Shown: positions 23,102-33,582 of the stretch, piece after piece
Layout of the letters: each line of letters starts with the position of its first letter
Numbering within the stretch: the first letter of the stretch is position 1
NCBI GenBank assembly: GCA_022791495.1
Contig: JAAVZE010000001.1
Location: 8,035-72,034 of the forward strand
DNA from: Eubacterium sp.
GTDB lineage: Bacteria > Bacillota > Clostridia > Lachnospirales > Lachnospiraceae
Reading direction: 5' to 3'
DNA: 64,000 bases
Notes under the pieces: generated by a model
The model's input: the letters and a program-made list of their open reading frames with translations, nothing else
The model's database searches: none
Told to the model about the DNA's origin: nothing
Made by a program: the position numbers and the translations under genes

Positions 23102-24271
23102 ATGAGCTATAACGAGAAGGCACTTGCCTTACATAAAGAATGGAACGGAAAACTTGATGTCACCCCAAAATGCCAGGTCAAATCCAGAGAAGACCTTGCC
23201 ATTGCCTATACGCCAGGAGTTGCGGAACCCTGCAAGGTTATTGCAAAAAATAAAAAAGAAGCATATCAATATACGATCAAAGCAAATACTGTCGCTGTTG
23301 TTTCCGACGGAAGTGCTGTTCTTGGTCTGGGAAATATCGGTGCAGAGGCGGCGATGCCTGTGATGGAAGGAAAAGCTGTTTTATTCCGGGAATTCGGCGG
23401 AGTCAATGCCTTTCCGATCTGTCTGGACACCCAGGATACAGAAGAGATTATAAAAACCGTTGTAAATATTGCCCCAGCATTTGGCGGAATCAATCTGGAA
23501 GATATCTCAGCACCCCGATGCTTTGAAATAGAAAACCGGCTTAAGGAACTGCTGGATATCCCTGTCTTTCACGACGACCAGCATGGAACTGCCATCGTCG
23601 TTCTTGCCGGCATCATCAATGCCCTGAAAGTAACAGGAAAGAACAAAGAAAACTGTAAAATTGTCGTTAATGGCGCCGGGTCCGCTGGTATCGCCATCAG
23701 CCGGCTGCTTTTAACATATGGCTTCTCTCACATAACGCTGTGTGATAAATCCGGGATTCTCAATAAGCAGACACCAGAACTGAACTGGATGCAGAAAGAG
23801 ATGATGAAATTCACCAATCTGGAAGGAAAATCCGGTACTCTGGCAGACGCCTTTGTCGGTGCGGATATTTTTGTGGGTGTTTCTGCTCCCAATATCGTCA
23901 CACCAGAGATGGTAGCCTCTATGAACCAGGATGCTATCCTCTTTGCTATGGCAAATCCAGTTCCAGAGATCATGCCGGACACCGCTAAAAAAGCTGGTGC
24001 AAAAGTAGTAGGAACCGGCAGATCGGATTTCCCCAACCAGGTCAACAATGTGGTTGCTTTTCCTGGTATATTTAAAGGCGCCCTGGAAGGACATGCTTCC
24101 CAGATCACAGAAGAGATGAAACTAGCTGCTGCACTTGCCATCGCATCCCTGGTTCCAGAAAATGAACTAAGCGAGGATAACATTATGCCGGAGGCTTTTG
24201 ATCCCCGTGTCGCGGACATCGTCAGCCAGGCAGTGAAAGAGCATATCCATGACAAAACGACTCTGGGGTGA
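23102..24271 (+). CDS. NAD(P)-dependent malic enzyme
   Basis: AYTPGVA, MEGKA, NLEDI, HDDQHGTA, GAGSAG and GRSDFPNQVNN; start taken as MSYNE after the GGAGG RBS. Confidence 0.93.
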   Translation: MSYNEKALALHKEWNGKLDVTPKCQVKSREDLAIAYTPGVAEPCKVIAKNKKEAYQYTIKANTVAVVSDGSAVLGLGNIGAEAAMPVMEGKAVLFREFGGVNAFPICLDTQDTEEIIKTVVNIAPAFGGINLEDISAPRCFEIENRLKELLDIPVFHDDQHGTAIVVLAGIINALKVTGKNKENCKIVVNGAGSAGIAISRLLLTYGFSHITLCDKSGILNKQTPELNWMQKEMMKFTNLEGKSGTLADAFVGADIFVGVSAPNIVTPEMVASMNQDAILFAMANPVPEIMPDTAKKAGAKVVGTGRSDFPNQVNNVVAFPGIFKGALEGHASQITEEMKLAAALAIASLVPENELSEDNIMPEAFDPRVADIVSQAVKEHIHDKTTLG

Positions 24272-25181
24272 AAAACCCTACCACTCTCTGGACTATGAAA
24301 TGAAGCAGCGTTATGGGGAAAAAATATATAAAGTATCCCTTGAGAGTGGACTTACCTGCCCCAACCGGGATGGAACCCTGGGATGGGGAGGCTGTATCTT
24401 CTGCAGTGGAAACGGCTCTGGCGATTTCGCTTCTCCCCGGACCAGTTCGATCCGAACACAGATCGACAATGGCATCTGCGGTCTTTCAAAGCGAAAACAG
24501 GTGGGAAATCGTTTTATCGCCTACTTCCAGTCTTTTACCAATACCTATGCGCCCACGGAGATTCTCCGCTCCATGTACATGGAGGCTTTGGAGCATCCAG
24601 ATGTGGTCATGTTATCCATCGCCACCCGGCCGGATTGTCTGCCAACGGAGGTCATGAAACTTTTAGAAGAGTGCCGCCGGATCAAACCTATTATAGTAGA
24701 ACTGGGCCTACAGACCATTCATGAATCTACCGCGGACCTGATTCATCGTGGATACCCTCTGGAAGTACATGATACAGCTGTAGAATCCTTAAAATCCATT
24801 GGCATCGAAGTAGTTACTCATGTCATTGCCGGACTGCCCCATGAGACTGAATCTGATTTTCTTGAAACGGTTGCCCATGTAGGAAGAAGGTCTGACGGGA
24901 TAAAAATACAGCTGCTGCATATATTAAAAAATACAGTTCTGGCAGATATGTACCTGAATCATGAATTTAGAGCACTGTCACAGGATGAGTATATACAGAC
25001 TGTTCTCCGTTCCCTATCCATTCTGCCGGAACACATCATCATCCATCGTCTGACCGGAGACGGTCCGGGGGACCTGCTCATCGCTCCTGAGTGGAGTCGT
25101 CGCAAACGGCAGGTACTCAATGAGATTCACCGCCAGCTTAAGATCCGGAATATCTGGCAGGGAAAGGAGTATAACGCCTGA
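24249..25181 (+). CDS. TIGR01212 (YhcC/YtqA-like) radical SAM protein
   Basis: TCPNRDG...GCIFC, YFQSFTNTY, TRPDCL and ELGLQT. Confidence 0.88.
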   Translation: MTKRLWGEKPYHSLDYEMKQRYGEKIYKVSLESGLTCPNRDGTLGWGGCIFCSGNGSGDFASPRTSSIRTQIDNGICGLSKRKQVGNRFIAYFQSFTNTYAPTEILRSMYMEALEHPDVVMLSIATRPDCLPTEVMKLLEECRRIKPIIVELGLQTIHESTADLIHRGYPLEVHDTAVESLKSIGIEVVTHVIAGLPHETESDFLETVAHVGRRSDGIKIQLLHILKNTVLADMYLNHEFRALSQDEYIQTVLRSLSILPEHIIIHRLTGDGPGDLLIAPEWSRRKRQVLNEIHRQLKIRNIWQGKEYNA

Positions 25182-25696
25182 TGAAAGAAGCCATTACTAT
25201 CTACAAATTGATTATCCTGTATACCCTCAACCAGGTAGAATCCCCTATGACACTTAACTTGATCTCAGATTATATAACAGAACGGGGGTATACCAATTAT
25301 TTTAATGTGCAAAATGCCTTTGCGGAACTGCTGGAGACAGAATTCATATCCTGTTCGACCACCTATAACACCTCCTTTTACAGTATTACAGATGCGGGCA
25401 GAGAAACCCTGAACTTATTTATCTCCAGCCTTTCCACGGAAATTCGTCAGGAAATTGATGAGTATCTGGAAAAAAACAATTTGTCGATCATTGACCGGCT
25501 TACAGCGATCAGTGATTATACCCTTTCAGATCATGGCGAATATATCACCACCTGCTCTCTCCGTGAAAACAATCATATTCTATTTGAAACAAAACTGACA
25601 GTACCAACAGAAGAGGATGCAGTAAAAATATGTAATAACTGGCGGGAGCAAAGCAGTGAATTATATTCTCTTTCCATTAAAAGACTGCTCCGATGA
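25181..25696 (+). CDS. DUF4364-like conserved Clostridia protein
   Basis: YKLIILY...YTNYF...ICNNW pattern; coupled to the upstream gene. Confidence 0.7.
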   Translation: MKEAITIYKLIILYTLNQVESPMTLNLISDYITERGYTNYFNVQNAFAELLETEFISCSTTYNTSFYSITDAGRETLNLFISSLSTEIRQEIDEYLEKNNLSIIDRLTAISDYTLSDHGEYITTCSLRENNHILFETKLTVPTEEDAVKICNNWREQSSELYSLSIKRLLR

Positions 25697-25805
25697 GCAG
25701 CCTTTTAACCTTTTAAGATAAAAAAATATTTTTCCTTTGTAATATGTATTGCAATTTCTCTCTGATTTTAGTAAACTTTAAGTATATTATGTAGGAGGTG
25801 GCACA

Positions 25806-26237
25806 ATGGCAGATAATAAAGTGATACTTAAAAAAGAACGTTATTCTGACGACTCGCAGTTCTGGTGCCCAGAATGCCATATTTTAATGCAATATAAATA
25901 TGCTGGAAAATTCGTATGTGAAAAATGTGGCTGTGAACAATATAATGATTTTGGTAAGATAAAAAAATATCTCGATGAAAACGGTCCTACCAATGCCGTT
26001 GAATTGTCTGCAAATACCGGAGTCCGCAAATCAAAGATCGGAGAATACCTCCGGTTAGGCAAGGTAGAAATACCGGAAAATTCTTCTGTTTTCATTCACT
26101 GCAAAAGCTGTGGTGTTCCAATTCGTTTTGGTAACTACTGCGCCAACTGTGTACATTCAAAAAATATACAAGGGGCTTTTATTGGTGAAGTTGCCAAATC
26201 TGCAAACAGCAAGATGCGATTCCTGGATAGTGAATAA
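25806..26237 (+). CDS. Zn-ribbon/HTH protein resembling flagellar-operon YvyF
   Basis: Several CxxC pairs flanking FGKIKKYLDEN...ELS..TGV...YLRLGKVE; strong RBS. Confidence 0.6.
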   Translation: MADNKVILKKERYSDDSQFWCPECHILMQYKYAGKFVCEKCGCEQYNDFGKIKKYLDENGPTNAVELSANTGVRKSKIGEYLRLGKVEIPENSSVFIHCKSCGVPIRFGNYCANCVHSKNIQGAFIGEVAKSANSKMRFLDSE

Positions 26238-26243
26238 ACCACA

Positions 26244-29066
26244 TTATCCTTCTGCCGCTTTTACCCGGCATATACGGCTCCATTTACCATACATTTTTTT
26301 CTTTCCCTTTGTGGAATATGCCCGTATCTTAACATAACATTTGGGGGAGAATTTCCATCTAAAACTTGTCCGCTTTTTGCGGACATTTTTTCTTTTACCA
26401 CCTGTTTTCATAGATCGCTTTGCTGAATACATCACCTGATAACCTGTTGCTCCCCCCATCCTTTTCCATCGAATACAGATCTGCTTTTTCTTCCGCCTTA
26501 CCTCTTTAATTTTGACTCTGCCAGGCCGGCGAATCCCTTCCTCAGTCCTGACAAATCTTCTCTCCTGCCAGTTATCGAATATCTGAATCCATTGGGAGAT
26601 TCCCTGTCCTTCCTGTACCTCTTCTGGTAATATCGTTTCAATCGGCGATGTTCCGGAAAAATCATCCGGTTTCTGTGATACTTCTGGTTTGTCCGTGGCT
26701 CCAGGTTCCGGCTGTCTGTCCGGCTCCAATGTTGTCTCAGGAATTTTATCTGGTGTTACATCTGGTACTGTGTCCGGTGTTACACTCGGTGCTGCACTTG
26801 ATGTTACATCTGGTATTGATGTCAGTGCTGGTGTTGGCTGCGGCGTCGGCACTGTTACATGAACTGTCACCTGACGCGTAATCTTCTTTTCCTCCTCATC
26901 ATATCCCTCCACCCCACTGAAATCATAATTCACCAAATCTTTCGGCTCAAAAACCACCGGATAAGAACCGCTCCCGGCTTCCGGAATCACATTGGGAGTT
27001 TTCCATGAAAATATTCCATATGTATTATAATTTTCAGACAGCATCGAACTTCCCAGCCGCTCTCCGCTACGAATTGCTGAGGCAGTGGGAAATGTCAGCT
27101 CATGGATCTGTTTCCGCTTTATGATGACCATCCGCATTCCGTAAAAAGTCTCGTATCCCGTTCTGGAAACTTCAAAATACACATTGTATCTTCCCACATT
27201 TACATAGGATGGGCAGACGGATGTAGTGTATTCTCCCTTTTTGGTGCCATATCTGACGGCGGCATCTCGATCTGTTTGAATAGAGATACTGTGAGGATTT
27301 CCATCATAATCTCCGGAATACCCCTCGGACTGAACCTGCAGCATATTTTTTTCGATAGTTACGTCCGCACTCCCGGTATATGTGACATAATTTGGTTTAA
27401 CTACCCGGAAATACGTCCGGTACGTTCCCGGCAATATATACTCCGGACACTTGTCCATCGTGTACTGCCCTTCTTCCGTTCCGTATTCAATCTTTCCGCC
27501 TTCATCCTGAGCCACAACGATAGAGTGGGGCTTTCCATCATAAACTCCTGTATACGAGTAAGCCTTTACGGTAGAAAAGGCTGCCTCATGTATGGTAAAT
27601 TCTGCAACTCTTCTGCCTGCGTAATTTCCTTTTCCTAGTATATGGATAACAGCAGTGCCCGCATTCACATTGTTTTCATAGGACAAGGAATAATCCGTCC
27701 CCATCTTTAATTTCAGGCTGCTGTAATAAATCTCTGGTTCTGGCCAGATTCCTTTCCCTGTATAGGTAAAGGACTTTAATCCCCTTACGGTACAATCCGC
27801 TATTTTTTGTTCCTTGCTCTCACCAAGGCCCAGACCTTCTATATATTTGGTATTTACCAGCGCCCCGCAGTTCCATCCCCGGGAAAGATATTTTATAACG
27901 TCATCCTTATTATTCTTCACGTAATTCACCTTAACCCCTTTTCCGGTTCCTCCAAGATAGTAGGGTTTATTGTGAGGGCTGTACAATGCCGTATCCCCGG
28001 CAAAACAATGATACTTTTCCGGATCTTTGATCACCGTATAAATGGTCATGGATCCCTCTGCCTTTCCACAACATGCCAGACAATACCGCATCGTCGTGAC
28101 ATTAGGCGGAATGTCTGGTACTGTCCTCATACTCTGGCAGTTATAAAAGGAATAATCCAGATTCTTCACACTTCCCGGAAGCATTGGCGCTGTCTGCATT
28201 TGGTAACAGTAACTGAATGCCCCGCTCATATCCTCCAGTTTTTTTGAAGTAATGACAGGTGCGGCCATTAGTTCCATGCAATATGTAAAGCAGTGACTCA
28301 TAGATTTTACATTCGGCGGAATGGAAGACGCCGACGTCATTTCATAGCAGTATTCAAAGGTATGATCCATGAGCTCAACCGTTTCGGGTATCGCCGGCGC
28401 TACCTTGAGCATATCACACTGACTGAAGGTATAAGACAGATCTCTTGCCGCCTTCGACAGACGGGGTGCCGAAATGAGCGCTGTCTGCCGGAACATATAG
28501 CTCATATCCTCGATGCGGTCACTCTGGATCACTGGCGTATATGCCAGTGCACGACAGCCATCAAACAGACCTGACGCCTCGACAACATTTCCCGGAATGG
28601 TGATCTGCTGATTCAGACTGCTGCAATTCTTAAAAGCTCTGGCTACGGATACGGCAGTCTCCGGTATCGTCCCAACCTGCTTGAGTTGTCGGCAGCCAAG
28701 AAAACTCTCCTGCATTTTTTCAACTCCGGACGGTATATTGTTGACCGAACAAAGCTTGGGGCTGTCAGCAAAATAGCCGCTAATATCTCCTTTCGGAACA
28801 CGGCTCATGGAAAAAACAACCTTTTTAATATCCATACGACGCCCATACCATGGCACACTTTCCCGTTTCACAGCCACAAATTCGTCGTGGCCTGATAGTG
28901 TAAGAACGCCATCCGAATCCAGCTGCCAGCTATTATTCCCTATTTTCCCGCTATCAACTACAGCTGTAGACGCAAAAGCTGGCGTTTCCTGAAAGCTCCC
29001 CACCAGCAGAGCAAAGACCACCAGAAGAGATAATATTAATTTCTCAATTCCCTTATTTATTTTCAT
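26244..29066 (-). CDS. Secreted/surface protein with BspA/DUF285-like repeats, MBG-like repeats, a PT-rich linker and a basic FN3-like tail
   Basis: Signal peptide, repeated (M)xxxFxxCxxL units, YDGKPH/YDGNPH repeats and a Pro/Thr-rich segment. Confidence 0.7.
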   Translation of the reverse strand: MKINKGIEKLILSLLVVFALLVGSFQETPAFASTAVVDSGKIGNNSWQLDSDGVLTLSGHDEFVAVKRESVPWYGRRMDIKKVVFSMSRVPKGDISGYFADSPKLCSVNNIPSGVEKMQESFLGCRQLKQVGTIPETAVSVARAFKNCSSLNQQITIPGNVVEASGLFDGCRALAYTPVIQSDRIEDMSYMFRQTALISAPRLSKAARDLSYTFSQCDMLKVAPAIPETVELMDHTFEYCYEMTSASSIPPNVKSMSHCFTYCMELMAAPVITSKKLEDMSGAFSYCYQMQTAPMLPGSVKNLDYSFYNCQSMRTVPDIPPNVTTMRYCLACCGKAEGSMTIYTVIKDPEKYHCFAGDTALYSPHNKPYYLGGTGKGVKVNYVKNNKDDVIKYLSRGWNCGALVNTKYIEGLGLGESKEQKIADCTVRGLKSFTYTGKGIWPEPEIYYSSLKLKMGTDYSLSYENNVNAGTAVIHILGKGNYAGRRVAEFTIHEAAFSTVKAYSYTGVYDGKPHSIVVAQDEGGKIEYGTEEGQYTMDKCPEYILPGTYRTYFRVVKPNYVTYTGSADVTIEKNMLQVQSEGYSGDYDGNPHSISIQTDRDAAVRYGTKKGEYTTSVCPSYVNVGRYNVYFEVSRTGYETFYGMRMVIIKRKQIHELTFPTASAIRSGERLGSSMLSENYNTYGIFSWKTPNVIPEAGSGSYPVVFEPKDLVNYDFSGVEGYDEEEKKITRQVTVHVTVPTPQPTPALTSIPDVTSSAAPSVTPDTVPDVTPDKIPETTLEPDRQPEPGATDKPEVSQKPDDFSGTSPIETILPEEVQEGQGISQWIQIFDNWQERRFVRTEEGIRRPGRVKIKEVRRKKKQICIRWKRMGGATGYQVMYSAKRSMKTGGKRKNVRKKRTSFRWKFSPKCYVKIRAYSTKGKKKMYGKWSRICRVKAAEG

Positions 29067-29342
29067 ACATAAATCCCCCTTATTATTACTAATTCAACGA
29101 AAAACAGCTTACCGCTGTCGTTTTCCTGACTTTACACATAAAAAGCAACATTCATGACACATCCCCCCTTCCATTTATTATCGCTGCATTCCCAGCAGTA
29201 ATATACTACAGCTCTGACGCGGAGGCACCAATGTGTTCCTGCCAAAAGCACAGGCTGTGTTTTGTGATAGCAGTTCCATCTTGTAATAGTGATTTCCAGA
29301 CGAAATGTCTGATCCTGAATTTAGAATTTCAGATTGATTGAT

Positions 29343-29371
29343 ATTATATCTCCTTTTCTTATAAATTGCAA
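29343..29371 (-). promoter_or_regulatory. Sigma-A-type promoter TTGCAA-17-TATAAT for the surface protein gene
   Basis: Near-consensus hexamers with 17-bp spacing. Confidence 0.6.
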
Positions 29372-29519
29372 GCATTATTTTGATTAATTTAAAAAAAGCT
29401 ACCACGAGCGTGACGCTTCACGAAAAAAAGAACAGGCAAATAATCTCACCTGTTCTTCCAGTAAAAAACGTCCAGGGTGCAAAAAGTATTTCACCCCATA
29501 TCTGATTCTATGGATCGCT

Positions 29520-30812
29520 TTATGCCAATGCCTGCGCCAGATCCTCTATAATATCATTGACATTTTCAATTCCTACAGATAATCTCACCAGATCCGGTCC
29601 CACTCCGGCAGCAACCAGTTCCTCATCATTCATCTGACGGTGCGTCGCCGATGCTGGGTGGAGAATGCAGGTGTGGGCATCTGCCACATGGGTTGCGATC
29701 ATTGCTATTTTCAACTTGGACATAAACTTTTCTGCCGCACTTCTTCCGCCCTTTACACCAAAGGATACGACTCCACAGGTTCCCTCTGGCATATATTTTT
29801 TTGCCCTCTCATAATACTTATTTCCTGGCAGGCCCGGATAATTCACCCATGCCACCTGATCATGGGCTTCCAGAAATTCAGCCACTTTCTGGGCATTTTC
29901 ACAGTGTCTCGGCATCCTCACATGAAGGGATTCTATACCAAGGTTCAGAAGATAGGCATTCATCGGCGCCTGGATCGACCCCAGATCCCTCATAAGCTGT
30001 GCGGTAGCCTTTGTGATAAAAGCGCCTTCCAACCCGAACTTTTCTGCATAGGTGATACCATGATATGATTCATCCGGCGTAGTCAGCCCCGGAAACTTAT
30101 CCGCATAGGCAAACCAGTCAAATTTTCCAGAGTCCACAATACAGCCACCTACCGATGCGTCATGCCCATCCAGGTATTTCGTGGTGGAATGGATAACGAT
30201 GTCTGCCCCCCACTCAAAGGGACGGCAGTTGATCGGCGTGGCAAACGTATTATCAACGATCAGCGGTACCCCGTGGGCGTGTGCTGCTTTTGCAAACCGC
30301 TCGATATCAAATACGATTAGCGCTGGATTGGCAATGGTTTCACCAAATACTGCTTTGGTATTGGGCTGGAATGCCGCCTCCAATTCTTCTTCAGAACAGT
30401 CTGGATCTACAAAAGTAAACTCAATTCCCATGCGCTTCATCGTCACAGCAAAAAGATTATAGGTTCCCCCGTAGATCGTAGATGAAGATACCACATGATC
30501 CCCTGCGCTACAGATATTAAATATCGAATAAAAAGATGCCGCCTGCCCGGAGGAGGTAAGCATCGCCGCTGTCCCCCCCTCCAGGGCACATATTTTTGCT
30601 GCCACATAATCATTTGTGGGGTTCTGAAGTCTTGTATAAAAATAACCGCTTGCTTCCAGGTCAAATAGTTTTCCCATATCCTCACTGGAATCATATTTAA
30701 AGGTAGTACTCTGAACAATAGGGATCATTCTTGATTCACCATTTCTTGGTTCATATCCTGCCTGAATACATTTTGTCTCTCTTTTCATAACACATTTCTC
30801 CTTTACTTGCAT
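29520..30812 (-). CDS. metY: O-acetylhomoserine aminocarboxypropyltransferase/cysteine synthase
   Basis: YTRLQNPT, DNTFATP, HSTTKY (PLP lysine), HPASATH and RLSVGIE. Confidence 0.9.
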   Translation of the reverse strand: MQVKEKCVMKRETKCIQAGYEPRNGESRMIPIVQSTTFKYDSSEDMGKLFDLEASGYFYTRLQNPTNDYVAAKICALEGGTAAMLTSSGQAASFYSIFNICSAGDHVVSSSTIYGGTYNLFAVTMKRMGIEFTFVDPDCSEEELEAAFQPNTKAVFGETIANPALIVFDIERFAKAAHAHGVPLIVDNTFATPINCRPFEWGADIVIHSTTKYLDGHDASVGGCIVDSGKFDWFAYADKFPGLTTPDESYHGITYAEKFGLEGAFITKATAQLMRDLGSIQAPMNAYLLNLGIESLHVRMPRHCENAQKVAEFLEAHDQVAWVNYPGLPGNKYYERAKKYMPEGTCGVVSFGVKGGRSAAEKFMSKLKIAMIATHVADAHTCILHPASATHRQMNDEELVAAGVGPDLVRLSVGIENVNDIIEDLAQALA

Positions 30813-30915
30813 CAGCTCAATTTGAGCTGTTTCAACACCACTAACAACAAGTATATCATTTTACAACTGCTGACACAACCGAAAAAATGGCAAAATCCAC
30901 GATCGATCTTCTCTG

Positions 30916-32814
30916 TCACCGGGCAGAATTCGCACGCATGGCATTCAGAATAGCGATCACCGCCACACCCACATCAGCAAATACCGCTTCCCACATATTT
31001 GCCTGGCCCAGAGCTCCCAGTACCAGTACCAGCAGCTTAACTCCAAGAGCAAATACGATATTTTGCCGCACAATTTTCATCGTCTTCACAGAGATTCGGA
31101 TAATGGAAGCCAGTCTCGATATGTCATCCTCCATCAGCACCACATCTGCCGCCTCAATGGCTGCATCTGAACCCATACTGCCCATGGCGATGCCGATATC
31201 CGCCCGGGTGATAACTGGGGCATCGTTGATGCCGTCTCCGGCAAACGCCACATACCTGCCCTCGCTGCACCCTTCCATGATCTTCTCAAGTTCTGTCACC
31301 TTATCCTCCGGCAGCAGTTCCGTATGAGCCTCGTCGATACCAAGCTGTCCTGCGATCGCCTCACCGGTCTCTTTCTTATCACCTGTCAGCATGACAAACC
31401 GTCTTACCCCTGCCTTTTTCAGATCAGACAGGGCTTCTTTCACTCCTGGCTTGATCTGGTCTGAGATAAATATACAGCCGGCATACACTCCATCCAAAGA
31501 TACATATACAATGGTACTGGTTCGATGTTTTTCTATCATGCTTTCCGAGGAATTAGGAACCACCACTCCATGTTCAAGCAGAAGCTTTTTATTTCCAGCC
31601 AGCACAAGCTTTCCCTCTGCCATCCCCTTCATTCCATGTCCCGCAATCTCCTCCACTCCAGATACTTCTACAAGATCCTCCTGGCAGGCGTTGAGTATGG
31701 AATGGGCTATGGGGTGACCGGAATATCTCTCTACGGACGCCGCCATGCGGAGAGCATCCATTCCCTCTTCTGAAACCACCTCAGATACTTCAAATTCTCC
31801 TTTGGTCAGCGTCCCTGTCTTGTCAAATACGATGGTATCCATCTGGGAAACCATTTCCAGGTAATTGCTTCCCTTCACAAGTATACCTCTGGATGAGGCC
31901 GCGCCGATTCCGCCAAAAAAGCTGAGAGGAACAGAGATCACCAGGGCGCAGGGGCAGGATATCACAAGAAAAATACATCCTCTCTGGATCCATTCTGAAA
32001 ATTCCTGTCCCAGTACAAGAGGAGGAAGCACTGCGATCAGAAGCGCAGCAACAACTACGATCGGTGTGTAGTATCTGGCAAATTTCGTGATAAAGTTCTC
32101 CACCTTTGCCTTCCGGGTGCTGGCATTTTCCACCAGCTCCAGAATCCTGGCCACCGTGGAATTTTCAAATTCTTTCGTGACGCGGACCCGCAAAACACCA
32201 GAACCGTTTACGCATCCACTGATGATCTCATCACCGCTATTTAGCTTCCGGGGTACCGATTCGCCGGTCAGAGCACTGGTATCCACATAGGAGCTCCCTT
32301 CCACAATAACACCGTCCAGCGGCACTTTTTCCCCGGGTTTGATCACAATGATACCGTCTGGCACCACATCCTCCGGATCCGTCTGCTCCACTCCGCCTTC
32401 TGTCTCAAGATTGGCATACTCCGGGCAGATATCCATCAGCTCTGTGATGGATCTGCGGGAACGGTTCACCGCATAACTCTGGAACAGCTCTCCCACCTGA
32501 TAGAAGAGCATGACCGCCACGGCTTCATCATATTCTCCGGTTCCAAAGGCGGCAAAAGTTGCAATGCACATAAGGAAATTCTCATCAAACACCTGTCCGT
32601 GGCCAATATTCACCACCGCTTTTTTCACCACATCTCCGCCGATAACCACATAGGGAATCAGATACAGGCAGAATTTAAACAGTTCTGCATAAATATGATT
32701 TTCAAATATCGCATCAGGATTGAAAAGCCCCGTATGAAATAATAGAAAAAACAGGGCAAAGATCACAGCGGAGAAAAGAATGCGGTACAATACATTTTTC
32801 TGCTTTTTTGTCAT
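30916..32814 (-). CDS. cadA: Heavy-metal (Zn/Cd) P1B-type ATPase
   Basis: TGES, CPC, DKTGT, HP and GDGIND motifs. Confidence 0.9.
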   Translation of the reverse strand: MTKKQKNVLYRILFSAVIFALFFLLFHTGLFNPDAIFENHIYAELFKFCLYLIPYVVIGGDVVKKAVVNIGHGQVFDENFLMCIATFAAFGTGEYDEAVAVMLFYQVGELFQSYAVNRSRRSITELMDICPEYANLETEGGVEQTDPEDVVPDGIIVIKPGEKVPLDGVIVEGSSYVDTSALTGESVPRKLNSGDEIISGCVNGSGVLRVRVTKEFENSTVARILELVENASTRKAKVENFITKFARYYTPIVVVAALLIAVLPPLVLGQEFSEWIQRGCIFLVISCPCALVISVPLSFFGGIGAASSRGILVKGSNYLEMVSQMDTIVFDKTGTLTKGEFEVSEVVSEEGMDALRMAASVERYSGHPIAHSILNACQEDLVEVSGVEEIAGHGMKGMAEGKLVLAGNKKLLLEHGVVVPNSSESMIEKHRTSTIVYVSLDGVYAGCIFISDQIKPGVKEALSDLKKAGVRRFVMLTGDKKETGEAIAGQLGIDEAHTELLPEDKVTELEKIMEGCSEGRYVAFAGDGINDAPVITRADIGIAMGSMGSDAAIEAADVVLMEDDISRLASIIRISVKTMKIVRQNIVFALGVKLLVLVLGALGQANMWEAVFADVGVAVIAILNAMRANSAR

Positions 32815-32837
32815 AAAAATCTCCCTCCTCCGGCTTC

Positions 32838-33056
32838 CTATCTCTCTAGATAACAGTCCGCGTCCACCTTTTTACAGACCGCCTCTGCCAGATCCACGAT
32901 CTTATCAAAACTCTCGTCCTCCGCGGTTAATGTCAGTTTTTGTGCCATAAAGCTGACTACGGCGCTCTCCACCCCTTCGATCTTATTTATGGCATGTTCC
33001 ATCTTTGCCGCACAATTCGCACAATCCAGATTTACGATTTTAAATTTTTTCTTCAT
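32838..33056 (-). CDS. Stand-alone HMA metal-binding protein
   Basis: LDCANCAAKME motif. Confidence 0.88.
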   Translation of the reverse strand: MKKKFKIVNLDCANCAAKMEHAINKIEGVESAVVSFMAQKLTLTAEDESFDKIVDLAEAVCKKVDADCYLER

Positions 33057-33096
33057 AATATTCCTCCATCTCCGAAAGGTCTGTGCCCTTCTATAA

Positions 33097-33456
33097 TTAT
33101 TCTAAAATATGTTCCATCCCCTGACTGAGAATCGACATCACATGGTCGTCCGTCAGGGAATAAAATACCGATTTACCTTCTCTTCTATTCTTTACTAATT
33201 TATTCTGCTTTAATACTCTTAGCTGGTGGGAGATCGCTGACTGATTCATATTCAGCACATCCGCAATATCACACACACACATCTCTGAGCGAAGCAGAAG
33301 ATACATGATCTTAATACGGGTGGAATCTCCAAATATTTTATAGAGATCTGCCAGATCATACAGGGTGTCCTCATCCGGCATATCGTCCTTCCAGCGGCTG
33401 ACCTGCTCGGAATGATGATGCGTCAGCTCGCAGCAGTCCACATCTTTTTCTGCCAT
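33097..33456 (-). CDS. ArsR/SmtB-family metalloregulator
   Basis: DSTRIKI, EMCVCDIA and SAISHQLRVL; start MAEKD after the AAAGGAG RBS. Confidence 0.92.
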   Translation of the reverse strand: MAEKDVDCCELTHHHSEQVSRWKDDMPDEDTLYDLADLYKIFGDSTRIKIMYLLLRSEMCVCDIADVLNMNQSAISHQLRVLKQNKLVKNRREGKSVFYSLTDDHVMSILSQGMEHILE

Positions 33457-33508
33457 ATTTTCTCCTTTCCCTGCAGTTTTACACAATTTACTGCAGCATT
33501 TTTTCTTT

Positions 33509-33530
33509 CATATGAACAATTATTCATATG
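33509..33530. promoter_or_regulatory. ArsR/SmtB operator palindrome CATATGAACAATTATTCATATG
   Basis: Inverted repeat resembling the SmtB/CzrA box, located upstream of the regulator. Confidence 0.75.
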
Positions 33531-33582
33531 TTCATTTTTATAATACTACATTACTAATTAAAATGCAACCCCAAATTTATTT

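Noticed and set aside
30813-30900. SAM or T-box riboswitch upstream of metY
   Set aside because: The intergenic space is too short and has no conserved motif; only a small palindrome CAGCTCAATTTGAGCTG overlaps the start region.
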